DNA of 64,000 nt from NCBI RefSeq assembly GCF_006345805.1, contig NC_042998.1:86552001-86616000 (forward strand). The letters are read 5' to 3'. This stretch comes from Octopus sinensis. Lineage: Eukaryota. This document shows, in pieces, positions 24,517 through 37,500 of this stretch. Every line of letters begins with the position of its first letter. Position 1 is the stretch's first letter. The position numbers were made by a program, and so were the translations under genes. The notes under the pieces were generated by a model. The model saw only the letters and a program-made list of their open reading frames with translations, had not been told where the DNA came from and did no database searches.

Positions 24517-24727
24517 GTTGAAATAAAAGCTTCTGATTCTGGTACTCCATCGCTCTCTTCAATTCCTACAGTATTTTTGTTATCTGTGAATGTTACAAAC
24601 ATTAATGATGAGCCCCCTGAATTTCTCCAGCCTAATGACACATTCCCTATTAAAGAAGGACCACCACCGATAGCTATTGCTTCAGTGAAGGCTAAAGATT
24701 CTGGATTTGATTTATGTTATACTATTG
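24517..24727 (+). CDS. Cadherin exon 2
   Basis: ttctag|GTT...ATTG|gtaagt. Open frame VEIKASDSGTPSLSSIPTVFLLSVNVTNINDEPPEFLQPNDTFPIKEGPPPIAIASVKAKDSGFDLCYTI; ends in phase 1. Confidence 0.92.
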
Positions 24728-24992
24728 GTAAGTAAAAACTTTGAAAACTTTGTTAACAAAAATAAATGAGTCAATTACTGCATTTAAAGAATATAAGACA
24801 AATTTGTTTTAGCAAAAGATACACCTCAAAATCATAATGCATCTTACTACATAAATATCATTATTTTAAACATCTTGATTATGTTTATGGTTATTAATTT
24901 TCATGAAGACTTTGTTTCTGAAGGATTTTTCGTAGAGTGCATTTAGAGCCTAATAATAATAATAATAATAATAATAATATAATAATAATAAT

Positions 24993-25517
24993 GAAATAAC
25001 AACAGAAAAAAGATGGTATAGACACACACCAGAAAAAGTCACAGAAAACAAGAGAAAGCAACAATACTCTAGGATATGCCAATACACACAGATAGAGAAA
25101 TTAAGGCCAATAGGCCAGATATAGTTGTCTGTGATCATGAAGAAAAAAATGCTTTCTAATTGATGTATCAATACCAGTAGGTGACAACGTTTCTCTAAAA
25201 GAAATGGAGAAACTTTCAAAATACAAAGACCTGGAAATAGAGGAATCGGATGTGGAATCTAAAAACAGAAATAATTCCTTTCATAGTAGGCGCATTAGGT
25301 ATGATAAAAAAATATTCAGACAAATACATAACAAAAACACCATGACATATATATAACATACAGAAAATTGTACTACTGGGCACTGCACACATCCTACACA
25401 AAACACTTTCAATACAGTAACCATAAGAGCATCACAGCAAACCACAGCACATACCCAAGGCACACAGAGCTGCACTCGGTAGTGAAGTGAAAGCACACTA
25501 TAAAATAAAACTTCTGA
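24993..25517 (+). mobile_element. R4/Dong-clade LINE 3' end with RLE endonuclease motifs
   Basis: WYRHTPEKVTE, IKANRPDIVV, IDVSIP, KEMEKLSKYKDLEIE, IVGALG, LLGTAHIL; (TAA)n on both sides. Confidence 0.88.
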
Positions 25518-25537
25518 ATAATAATAAAAATAATAAT

Positions 25538-25573
<36 letters not shown>

Positions 25574-25844
25574 CACCATCTCCATCATCATCATCACCAT
25601 CATCATCTTCATCAGCATCATCAGCAGCAGCAGCAGTAACATCATCATCATTATTTAACCTCTGCTTTCCATGCCCAGAACAAATATGTGACATGAAATC
25701 TATTTGTTGGCCTATGAATACTGATGCAAAGATTTATTATTATTATTCTCTTATTTAAAGCGATGAGCTAGCAGAATTGTTAGCACGCTGAGTGAATTTC
25801 ACCCATTGCTACCTCTGCTTATTCAGACTGTATGAATTTCCTCA

Positions 25845-26793
25845 CAGGGCATCCAGATGACATTTGGTCCAGAAAAATGTGCTATTATTGAACTGAGGAG
25901 AGGGCAAAAAATAGATAGCAGTAGAGTACAACTTCCAGATGATGAGCAGATAAGAGAAGTGAATGAAGAGAGTGATAAATATCTTGTTCTTTTCAATTAG
26001 GCCAGATGATGAGCACCAAAATAAGGTGTAAACTTCTAGATGTATGAGAAGAGTTAAAAAGTTAGTTGATCTAAGTTAAATGGAGGGAATGGAGAATTTT
26101 TTCAACAGACAATAGATGAAGCTGATGAAGGATCCTGGAGCTAGTTAAGACATGATTTATTTTAAAGAATGCAGAAGACAGATTCTTACTGCTCAAAAAC
26201 AACCTTGAGAAAATTGTTACATCTCTAAGCTATGAGATGGAGTTGAGAAATGATAGATAAATCAGGAGTTAAGTGAATAAATGAATAATAATCTTTTCTA
26301 CTATAAGCACAAGGCTTGAAATTTGTGTGTGTGTATGTGGGGGGGGGTAGTTGATTACGACCCCAGTGTTCCACTGGTACTTAATTCATCAACCTCAAAA
26401 AGATGAAAGCTTAGTCAACCTCAAAAGGATGAAAGTTTAGTCCATCTTCTCTGTAATGACATGTGTGAAGGAATTTAACACAGTGATATCCTCAAATGGA
26501 ATTCTCATGACAACTTCATTTATTTTTCTGAGTTCTGACCTATAACATGGCTTCAATGATGATAACTTTTTCCTTTCCTCAAAGAACATTACTTCCAGAA
26601 TTCTGTCATTGAAAGTAGCCAGTTCTGGGCTATTTTCTACCAGTGACTCTCTAGTTAGAGGTACGTAGATTCTCTTTGTGCATGTCCCCTTGGTAGACTC
26701 CCTTGGTCTATGTGCATTTCTTCTGGACCTATAGATCCTTACAGTTACTTTCTCACTTCCATTGTAATCTTCTCTTTTTCCATCTCTAATCAC
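25845..26793. mobile_element. Further R4/Dong-like fragments: RT piece (+, about 25845-26100) and N-terminal piece (-, 26437-26793)
   Basis: IQMTFGPEKCAIIELRRG..SKLNGGN; RKKLSSLK..INEVVMRIP.EDITVLN. Assigned by recollection of family motifs. Confidence 0.6.
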
Positions 26794-26864
26794 ACTTTGG
26801 TCTTAATTTGTCTAATCTGATCAGTCAATCTTTATTCACTCACATCTTTCAGCTCTTCTTCTTC

Positions 26865-29200
26865 TTCATCATCATCATCATCATTTAATGTCCGTTTTCC
26901 ATGCTGGTATGAGTTGGATGATTTGACTGAGGATTGGCGAACCAGTTGGCTGCACCAGGCTCCAATCTGATCTGGCAGAGTTTCTACAGCTGGATGCCCT
27001 TCCAAATGCCAACCACTCTGAGAGTGTAGTGGGTGCTTTCACATGCCACCGGCACGAGGGCCAGTCGGGCAGTACTGGCAACAGCCACGCTCAAATGGTG
27101 TTTTTTATGTACTACCTGCAGAGGAGCCAGTCCAGTGGCACTGGCAACAACCTCGCTCGAATATTTTTTCATGTGCCACTGACACAAGTCCCAGTGAGGT
27201 GACGCTGGAAATGATCACACTTGAATGGTGCTTTTTACATGCCACCGGCATGGAAGCTAGTTAGCTGCTCTGGCAACAATCATGCTTAGATGGTTCTCTT
27301 AGCACTCCACTAGCACAGATGCCAGTCACCGAATTTGATTTCGATTTCACTTGCCTCAATAGGTCTTCGCAAGCAGAGTTTAGTGTCCAATGAAGGAAAG
27401 GTACACATAAGTGGGCTGGTTACACCCCTGGCATAGGCCATGGTTTATTGTCTCACTTGGCTCATCAGGTCTTCTCAAGCATATCCCATTTTCAAAGGTC
27501 TCAGTCACTAGTCATTGCCTCAGTGAGGTCTAATGTTCAAAGGTTGTGCTTCACCACCTCATCCCAGGTCTTCTTGGGTCTACCTCTTCCACAGGTTCCC
27601 TCAACCGCTAGAGTGTGACACTTCTTAACACAGCTATCCTCACCCATTCTTGCCACATGACCATATCAGCACTGTCATCCCTCTTGCACACCACAACTGA
27701 TGCTTCTTCAGTCCAACTTTTCTCTCAATGTACTTACACTCTGTTGTGTATGCACACTGACATTACACATCCAGCGGAGAATACTGGCTTCATTCCTTGC
27801 AAGCTTATGCATGTCCTCAGCAATCACGGCCCATGTTTTACTTCCATGTAGCATGGCTGTACATACACATGCATCATACAATCTACTTTTTACTCTGAGT
27901 GAGAGGCCCTTTGCCACCAGCAGAGGTAAGAGCTCTCTGAACTTTGCCCAGGCTACTCTTATTCTAGCAGTTACACTTTCAGTGCACCCACCCCCACTAC
28001 TGACTTGGTCATCTAGGTAATGGAAGCTATCAACTACTTCTAGTTTTCTCCCTGGAATGTGGCAGAAGTTGTTCTCTGCACATTTTCAGTGTTAATTGCT
28101 CCTGAGCATCTGCCACATTCAAAAATTATCTTCCCAGTTAACATTCCTTTGATATTGCTGCACCTCTTATGTGTCCATAGCTTACACCAGGTACATCTTA
28201 TGGAGTTTCTACCTACGCCTTTTCTACAGATTGAGCAGGGCCATCTACTTGAAGGGATTTGAGGTTTGTCTGCCTTCTATATATTAGGACTTTGGTTTTA
28301 GCTAGGTTGATTCTAAGGTCTTCCGATTCTAATCCTTGCTTCCATACTTGAAACTGCTCCTCTAGTTCTGATAGTGACTCAGCAATTAGAGCAATGTCAT
28401 CATCATAGAGGAACTCCCAGGGGCATCCTGTCTTGAATTCCTTCGTTATTGCCTAAAGGGCTATGATAAATATGAAAGCGCTGAGGACTGAACATGAGTG
28501 GACTCTTACCTCTATCCGGAATTCTTCACTGTACTCGTTGCCAACCCTCACCTTACTGATAGCGTTCCTGTACATGGCTTGCACAGCTCTCACTAACCAT
28601 TCATCTATCTCTAGTTTCCTCATTGACCACCAGATAAGGAATTGGGGGACCCTGTCAAAGGCTTTCTCCATGTCAACAAAAGCCAGTTACAAAGGTTTAT
28701 TTTTGGCCAGGTATTTCTCCTGCAGCTGTCTTACCAGAAATATAGCATCAATGGTACTTTTCTCTGGCACGAATCCAAACTGCATCTCATTTAAACTGAC
28801 TCTGTCCCTAATTAGTTGGGCTATTACCTTCTCCGTGGCCTTCATTACCTGATCCAGTAACTTGATACCTTTGTAATTATTTGTATCTAAAGTGTCACCT
28901 TTACCTTTGTAGCAATTTACTATGGTGCTGCTACACCAGTCATTGGGTATGACTCCTTCATGCATCACCTGGTTAACTATACGGGTGACTAGGCTATAGC
29001 CAACACTACCAGATATTTTGAACATCACTGTAGTGATTCATGATGGGCTGGGGGCTTTCCCTGTCTTCATACTCTTAATTGTTTTATCTACCAAGGTACT
29101 GTCAATTCAGATGGCTGGTCCCTCTGTTCGGTCGACATTCAGAGGACTATTTTTTCCAGAGCTTTAATAACTTTTGCCTATAGCCTCTTTTCTCTGGCTC
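26865..29200 (-). mobile_element. Longest copy of the PHD-insert RTE-like LINE
   Basis: CYKGKGD..NYKGIKLLDQVMK, QFGF, QLQEKYLAK, EKAFDRVP, an intact C4HC3 finger at 28106-28237, FHYLDD, 3' UTR and (GAT)n tail. Confidence 0.9.
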
Positions 29201-30069
29201 ACTCCAAATATAACATTCAGACTACAATTTGTAGTTCCCTTTTGTCCATTTTAGCCTCCTTTGTTGTTGTGATTCACAGTAACTTGATTACAACTGGGTC
29301 TGTGTTGTTATTTTAATAAGTCACCTTCGAGATGTAACCCCTTTGCTAAAATCTACAGCCTTATTGTTACTGTTAGGATTACTTTTTATTATTGACATGT
29401 CTCTCATAATTGAGGTATGTGTTTTAAAGTTTCCCCCAATCAATAATTATATCATGTTACCATTACAAGACAGGTTGTCAGCCAAGACTTCTGAGAAGCC
29501 TGGCTGCCCTCATTGAAGCTGGTTATCCTGTGCTGGTTGTCACTTCCAGTATTTATTGTTGCAGCACTTACTTAGATGGCTGTTGCCTCTAGAAAGTTCA
29601 TCTACCCCTTAACAAGTTTGTTTTTCATCATGCAGAATGACTAACAAAGTCCACCCCCTTTACCAGGCAAATTTTGAGTAGGGTTGGAAATTTAGTTGCC
29701 AATGGTGTGACCATGGAACAGGTTGTACTGGATTCCACGTTACCAATAGCACTAAAAGTGACCTGATATATTAAAGACTCATATAGTTGGATGGCTGTTG
29801 ATTCTAATGAATTCATCCACCCTTTAACAGGTTTTGCTATTTGTTCTGCAGGTTGTCTGACAAAAGCTACCTTCCTTACCTGGCAAGTGCTTGGTAAAGT
29901 TGCCAGTTTAGTCACTGATGGCCCAACCATAAATCAGATTAGCACTAAAAGTGATCTGACATATTAGAGTTATTATTACAACTACCAATACTGTCACTAC
30001 CACCAGTATTATTACTATCACTAAAATCAGTAGATTGCTTATTATCATCATAATTACTATCTTTATTAT

Positions 30070-30250
30070 CATTGTTGCGAGATGACAGAATTGTTATCAC
30101 ATGGGCAAAATGCTTAGTAGTATTTTGTTTGTCTCTTCATTCTGAGTTCAAATTCTGCCGAGGTTGACTTTGCCTTTCATCCTTTCAAGGTCGATAAAAC
30201 AAGTACCAACTTCTCCCTAAGTTTCTGGCACTGTGCCAAAATTTGAAACC
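30070..30250 (+). mobile_element. SINE family C; other copies about 21240-21398(-), 26345-26430(-), 34205-34440(-), 35040-35140(+)
   Basis: Shared TTCTGAGTTCAAATTC(C/T)GCCGAGGT(C/T)GACTTTGCCTTTCATCCTTTC core. Confidence 0.8.
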
Positions 30251-32138
30251 ATTATTATCTTTGTTATTATGATTATCCTCACTACTTCTTGGGTCTTCTT
30301 CATCCATAGGTTTTAGCCATGTTAAAGGATCACCATTTCCTTATACAGCTGCCCATGTGCATCATGCGTTCTTAACAGTCTTCTCTCTTGCTTATTACAT
30401 CTGATTCCTTTTGTGCCCAATTTTTCTCTCAATACGTTTGTATTCTAATGTTCATGTACATTGACATTGCACATCCAGTGGAACATGTTTACTTCATTTC
30501 TTTCTAGTCTTTGCAATTCCACATCATGTTTTGAGTTCTGTTTGTCCCACTGAATATTGTCACGGTCCCACAAGCAGTGTCATTCATTTATAGTATTCTA
30601 TGAAATCATGTTTGGCCGTGGGGTGACAGGAAGAGTATCTTGCCAGGCAAAAAATCTGTCTCAGAGAACTTCTTTCGCCCTTTGTAAGCATACCTTCAGC
30701 CCTTAATTACTCATGCCTCTCATCTTGTAAAGATGTTGAGAAGTGAGCAGAAACATCAAGAGGTCCCACAAGTCATATCATGGACATGACATCTCTCTAA
30801 TGCTGGTGCCACAAAAAGAAAAATGCACTCTGTAAATTGGTTGGTGTTGGGTGGGGGTAAGGGGCATCTTGTAAAAACCGAGCCTAAAATGAAACTCACC
30901 AGCAAGATGTCCTCCAGCTTGTTTAGGTGAGCAGCATATAGACAGTTTTGAGGATAGATTAAAAGAAGTACAATGCCAAATGCTGTAGGAATTAAGTCTT
31001 CTGATTGGTCACTTCTATGGTACAAATGTCAAAAGAAAGGCAATTTGATGTTGGTTGCATGCTGCTATTTAAGATAAAGAAATGCTTCACTTAGATATAA
31101 ATAAGGAGTATGGATTTAATTCCTTTGGAGTAGATTATAAAACTTGGATTTTGAGTGGAGTGTTCCTCTTGGAATTGGTTGTGATACCCTAACTATTGAA
31201 TACAAGCCACTGAGGGTGCTTATAAAAGGTTGCTAGACTTTCCAGAAATAACTGTCAATTTCCTTCAAATCACATTCTACTGTCTTAATGCAAGAAAGGC
31301 ATTAAACAATGTTGTTGTTGAGACAGCATAGTCATATCTGGAATACCTTTGAACATAGGTCCACTGAAATCAAGGCTGACCTGAGTCAAACAACAATAAC
31401 TATTGATTTAGAAAGTGTCAACAACTGAAACCTCAGTGTAAGCACAAATATTTAAGTGCCAAGTTCATCATCATCATTATCCTCATCATTTAATGTCCAT
31501 TTTCCATGCTAGTGTGGGTTGACCAGTGAGACAGGAGCTGGCAGGCCAGAGGACAACTTCAATCTTCAATGTCTGCTTTGATCTGATGTCTATGGCTAGA
31601 TGCCTATCCTGATGCCAATCACTTTACACAGTATGTCAGGTGTTTTTTAAATGGTACTAGCACTAGTGTGGTTACCATGTAACTTGTAAGTCTCCTCCTC
31701 AATTGAGGTGGTAGGGATGTATTGAGGGAGCTGGTTTATGCTATGTGATAAGAAGTTAAAGATAATAGAATATCTTACTGGATACTCCAGTTGGAAGAGA
31801 AAAAGAATGGTGGTGAAAATGTGTCAGGGTGCACCCTTGAGTTACTGGAAGGTAAATTTTCTTATATCCTTAATGAGAACTATTGCCAAAGTAGGTGACA
31901 AGAATCATTAATATTGCAGTTAAGTTTAATGCCCAATCACTAGCAAATGGGAATTTCTACAAGTTCACTTGACCCAATTGATAGCAACCAATGCCCTCAA
32001 TTCTCTCCATATCACCTTGAAAATAGAAACAGTAAACTGAAAGAATGATCCTAGCTATCCTGATAAATAAAGGAAAGTCACTGAAATTAGTCTGTCTGAT
32101 TAGGGCTAGCCTGGGGCTAAGCAACTTTGATACCCATT

Positions 32139-32340
32139 TTAACCCTTTCATTACCGTACCTATTTTGAGATGATCTATGTATCTTTCAATTAATCTTAAA
32201 TATAACAAAGAATTTAATTAAAATAACTTAGTTATCATTAAGCTAGTGTTAGGAACATAAATTATAACTACAGTTTGGTGGAAGATTTTAATTCAAAACT
32301 TATGAAAACAAGACATTTGTACTCAGAGCCAGAGCTGGTT
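32139..32340. mobile_element. piggyBac-type MITE fragment
   Basis: Begins TTAA|CCCTTTC; the other end is not seen. Confidence 0.5.
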
Positions 32341-33542
32341 CATTTTCATTATATTGAATTGTTTGGATATATTTAATTCTAAAAAGTTTTAAATATAAAG
32401 ATATGAAACGTTATAGCAAAAAATCAGTGCTGGCTATAGTTTCTGTAGAAATAACCGTAACAAAATATTGTAAAGAGCACTGCTAGGATGTGTTGACTTA
32501 TAAAAACATTTAATTTATTTTATAGTACATTAGAGTTGCATAATAAAATTCCACATTCCTACTATTCTTTAAAATTTAAGGATAAATATCTATTTGTTTC
32601 TCAAATTCAAATAAGTAAATTACTTGAATATTCATCATCAGATGTATCATTTAATGGGTTTTCAGACTCAGTGAGCTCAAGGCAGTATTAAGAGTTTTAT
32701 TGTTTATACATTAATTGAGGGCATTAAAAAAGCAAGAGGAACTACTATAATTATAAATCAATCCTTGTCTGCAGATTTGCGAAAGATTTATAATCTATGC
32801 TATAGTGTTTAAGTACAATGATGGTGAAATTATATAATCTAGAGGAATGATGAGCATTCTAAAGAGACACTCTATTGCAAACCACTGAGAAGTTCTGTTT
32901 TAAACTGAAGTTCACACAGAACAAGGGAAACATTGTAATGGAACAGTGTTGTATAAAATACTATAAGATATAAAGAAAAGAGCGAGACAAGTTAAGAGAT
33001 ATTGAGCAGCATGGAATTATACTTATAGATTTAGAAGGAAAGAATATATTGTAAATTGTATATTGTATCTTGGAATCACATTACAAATCTGTAAGTCTAG
33101 ATGAATCAGAATGTCTTTTGGGAGAGGCTTGTGTAACCTGTTCAAAGTTGTATGAGCCTTTTACTGTCTGTGACATCAGAACAGATAAACTATTTTTTAT
33201 TAGCAAAAACACTTGAATCTCGATGGTCCAGTCTATCTAGCTATATGTATCATAGAACAGTGCAGCACATAAGAAAGAGCAGTGAGAGAATTATGAAATT
33301 ATATAAATTAGTCTGCAGTGTTGTGATTGAGTTCTCATGTGGGGCTTTGACTATTCATGCACATAGCAAAAGAAAATAATAAACTTGATTTGAATTTCAG
33401 ACTACTACAATCTATGTCATCTTGAAACAACTGTTTACTTAAATTACCCATTAAATAAATTACATACTGATTTTCTTCTTTTTCCTAAACCCATTTTAAT
33501 TGCTTTGATTCTCTTTCATTTACATCTTTTGAACTTTTTCAG

Positions 33543-33849
33543 TTGATAGTGAACCTGCAAGCTATTTTGTTTTAAAGAATGATTCTAATGCTGCTTTAAT
33601 TGAGACCAGAAAGAAGTTGATTATGAAACAACAAAATTCTTAAAACTGGTGGTATTTGTCCAGAATTGTATTGAGGTCACATATAATGCTTCATGTCCTA
33701 AATCTCCCTCTCCTGATTTACTCAACAAAATGAATATAGATGTTGTCATTCAAGATGCTGATGACAATCCACCAATATTTACTGAAAAGACATTTAGTAA
33801 AGCTATTATATTTGATATTTCTAAAGAAGAAAAAATATTAGAGTTTAAA
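33543..33849 (+). CDS. Cadherin exon 3; needs +1 A at 33610-33612
   Basis: tttttcag acceptor in phase 1, matching exon 2. Reads VDSEPASYFVLKNDSNAALIETR, then in the shifted frame KEVDYETTKFLKLVVFVQNC...IQDADDNPPIFTEKTFSKAIIFDISKEEKILEFK; donor gtaagt. Confidence 0.9.
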
Positions 33850-35284
33850 GTAAGTATATTTAAATGCTGAAACTTTCAGAGCTTTGGACTTTTCTCCCCC
33901 CCCCCTTTTTTTAAAATCTTAATTGGGTTAGCTTCCTATCATGACATGCATTAAAGTAGATAGGTAAGATGCCATGAAGATATCATGATATTTTATTGAT
34001 TTAAGCAAATTATAATAGAATATATTTTTTAAAATAAGTTAGAGGAATAGGAACGCCAGTGCTCAGAGCAGTGAGCTCAATCCAGTTGATTAGAATTTAT
34101 TCTGTGTGAGCTTTAATGACTTGTAGAGACATGTATTTTAATATACAACCATAAAATACTACAAAGTATTTTAAATGTTTTCATGAGTCAATACTGTGTA
34201 CTACTGTATTTATTTCTTTATTGCCCACAAGGAGCTGAACATAGAGGGGACAAACACAGACAGAGAAAGGGATTAAATCGATTACATCAACTCCAGTACG
34301 TAACTGATACTTATTTCATCAACCCCGAAAGGATGAAAGGCAAAGTCGACCTCGGCGGAATTTGAACTCAGAACGTAACAGCAGACGAAATACCTTTAAC
34401 ATTTTGCCCAGTGTGCTAATGATTCTGCCAGCTCACCACCTTTGTACTACAGTGCACTACTGTATTAGTAGTGCACTTAAACCATGTTATAAGATCATCT
34501 CTACTGATTTTTCATAGAAATTGTAACCAGTATTGATTTAGTTATGATTTTCATATCCAAGGTGCCAGATGAAGACAAACAATGAGATTGAAGAGGGAAA
34601 AATGAGTAATGCCATATTTTGGGAGTTTTTGGTCCTTTATCAACACCCATCCAACCCATTAATCATCCATAAACTCATTCATTGCTGAGCTTTCTTTATG
34701 TTGATTACTTTTATGAAACTCAAGTTTATTTTCTAAGTTGTGTAGTTGAATAGTTTTCATATGGTCAGAGGAGGATAAATAAATTCAGTATTTGTCGTAT
34801 TTGAACTCCAGGCATTGAGAACAAAACCAAACAAGACAATTAGTTCCATAATCTATCAGGGTTTCAAACAGATGAGATATAAATTTCTTCCTTATTTTAG
34901 ATTAGAAATCAATAAGATCTATCATGTTTCCCCTTCAATTGAATTTATGGTAGGGGAGATTTTATACATATTTTAGTCTTGAATTTCTCAAGTTGATAGA
35001 GAAGATATCTCTTCTTGAATTCATATGGTGCAACTTCAGTTGGAATTTGAAATTGTTCTGAGTCTGTAACACATGGAATTTGACTTTGCCTTTTCATCCC
35101 TTTAGAGGAATTATAAAATAAGTATTAGTGGGATTTACTCAATTCATTATAAAATTTAACATTTTGCTCACATTTATTTTATTAGAGCTTGTACCATTTT
35201 ATTTATGTATGTATTTCTTGAATTTTAAGATTATTATATGTGGATCAAAAGTATTTATAAGGTTCTTTGATATTTTCTTGTTAG

Positions 35285-35515
35285 TATTATGTGAATGATG
35301 CAGATACTGACCCAAAGAATAAGCAGCATAAATATTTCATTGAATCCTTTGAATACTTTGGCAATGATGCATTGAAACAATTGAAGACTCCCTTTGAAAT
35401 AAGAAATAGTGGTATTTATCGAAAAGCAGATCTTGATTCAAGTGTCAGTGGATATATTCAAATGCTTATTAAGGCTAACGACACCAATGGCTTGGATACT
35501 ACAGCTACTGTTAAG
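35285..35515 (+). CDS. Cadherin exon 4 (last EC repeat)
   Basis: ttcttgttag acceptor, 231 nt, phase 0-0. Reads YYVNDADTDPKNKQHKYFIESFEYF...GYIQMLIKANDTNGLDTTATVK; donor gtatg. Confidence 0.9.
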
Positions 35516-36190
35516 GTATGTTTACACCATTTTGCTTTTCTAAAACAATTTGAGTACATACATATTTTTTCTTCATTATCAAGTTTACAAATCAATAAGA
35601 TCTAGCCAAAAAGGAGTCTGTAAGTGATCACTAAACCAGCTAAAAATTGCAGTCATATATCCTTAAATCACGCTGTACTGTCATTAAATTAAGGCACATT
35701 GGATAATATTGTCTGGCTAAGATTGTCATGGCTACTTTGTCTTTGATCATAGGTCTAAACTGGGACTAAAAGACAACAATCAGAGCTTATTTAAAGCAAC
35801 TTTCTCTAAATATATATTTAGAAAGTTGCTTTCGCTAAATATACATTTAGAAAGTTGTCTTATTTCACTCTTGCACTAATCATTGAATGGATGAAATGAA
35901 GGAACTTTATTATATAAACTAATTCATAACAATTGCTTAATGGGTCCATGTAAATATCCTAGCATAGGGACAGTACATATGTCCTGTATTGTTCCTATTT
36001 ATTACTATCTTTATCTTTTACTTGTTTCAGTCATTAGACAGCAGTCATGCTGGAGCACTACCTTAAACAATTTTTAGTTGAAAGAATCTACTCTCAGTAC
36101 ATTTTTTCTTAAACCTTTTACTTATTCTATTGGTCTCTTTTGCCAAACTGCTAAGTTATGGGGATGTAAAGACACCAACACTGGTCATCA

Positions 36191-36303
<113 letters not shown>

Positions 36304-36619
36304 CAGGCTTCATTCCGTTTCCTTCTACCAAATTCATTCACAAGGCTTTGGTTAGCTTGAGGCTATAATAGAAGACACTTGCTTTAGGTACCATGCTGTA
36401 GGACTGAACCAGAAATCAAGTGGTTGGGAAGTAAGCTTCACACAGCCATATTACTGCCTACTTTATTCATGTTTTTCATAAAATTTCTGAGAGCATTGCA
36501 TACAGACATTCTGATTGGTGTCTACAATTACAATTGGGGAAGAGCAACTATTTATACATTTTTACAAATGGTAAATACCATTTGATGAAAACATACTCTT
36601 AACATGTAAATACCATATG

Positions 36620-37150
36620 TGTTGGTGTAAGATATTGCATGGTAGTGAAACATGAGGATTAAATGCAGAAGGCCTGTGAATATTAGCAAGAAATAAGATG
36701 AGTATACTTTGCATGATGTCTAATGTTAATGTGCATGAATGATAGAGCCTATGTCTAGTGTTTAATTCAATAATTACCTGTGCTTTTATATGTAAGTGAG
36801 ACTTGGACTACTATGAAAAGGATAGAATGATTGATGATGAAAAGGGTTATAGAAAGATCCCAGCTAGGAATATCATTACAAGAACATATTTGAAATGAAA
36901 TCATTCAATAACAGAGCAGAGTGAACAATGTGATTGTTGAATACTGAAAGCATAAGTGCCACTGGGCCTGAAATGTTGCAAAGTTCACAGACAACAGGTG
37001 GACTTATACAGTTGTTGAGTGGTATCTAAGAGATCAGAATAGGCAACTTGAAAGGCCTTCATGACAATGGAAAGATGATCTAGCTAAGCAGTTTGGGTCA
37101 AGATGGAAAAGAATGATGCCATCAAGACAGAAGTGGAAGGACATTATGAC
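36620..37150 (+). mobile_element. Two decayed LINE C-terminal fragments
   Basis: Remnants of LHGSETW and LYVSETWT..W.GNV.KF.DNRW..VVEWY.RP..WKDDL. Confidence 0.6.
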
Positions 37151-37219
37151 CAGCACCTGATAGTCTGGTCAATACTAAGATACTGTGTTATATATACATA
37201 TATATATATATATATAATA

Positions 37220-37500
37220 CTAGCAGAGATACCTGGCATTGCTTGGGATTAAAATGGCATAGCTTGTATATTACAGTTATGTTGAAACAGGTGATATAAG
37301 AAAATGCAGCATTGACGACAAAATTTTTGTCATTTGAAATGCAGGATGTCATTTGAAGGATGTCATTTGAAATGCAGAGTTGTATTGTCTGATATTGTTA
37401 AAAAAATCCTTTGACTGGATGGAAGTGCCTTCCAGAAGATCTTGCAGTATGAATTTACTGATCTTGAGAAAGTCTCATCTCGCTTTTGTCTTGAGACTCC
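37220..37500 (-). mobile_element. Helitron 3' end fragment
   Basis: On minus, CCCAAGCAATGCCAGG hairpin remnant, then CTAG|T at 37220, next to a (TA)n tract. The upstream boundary is approximate. Confidence 0.6.
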
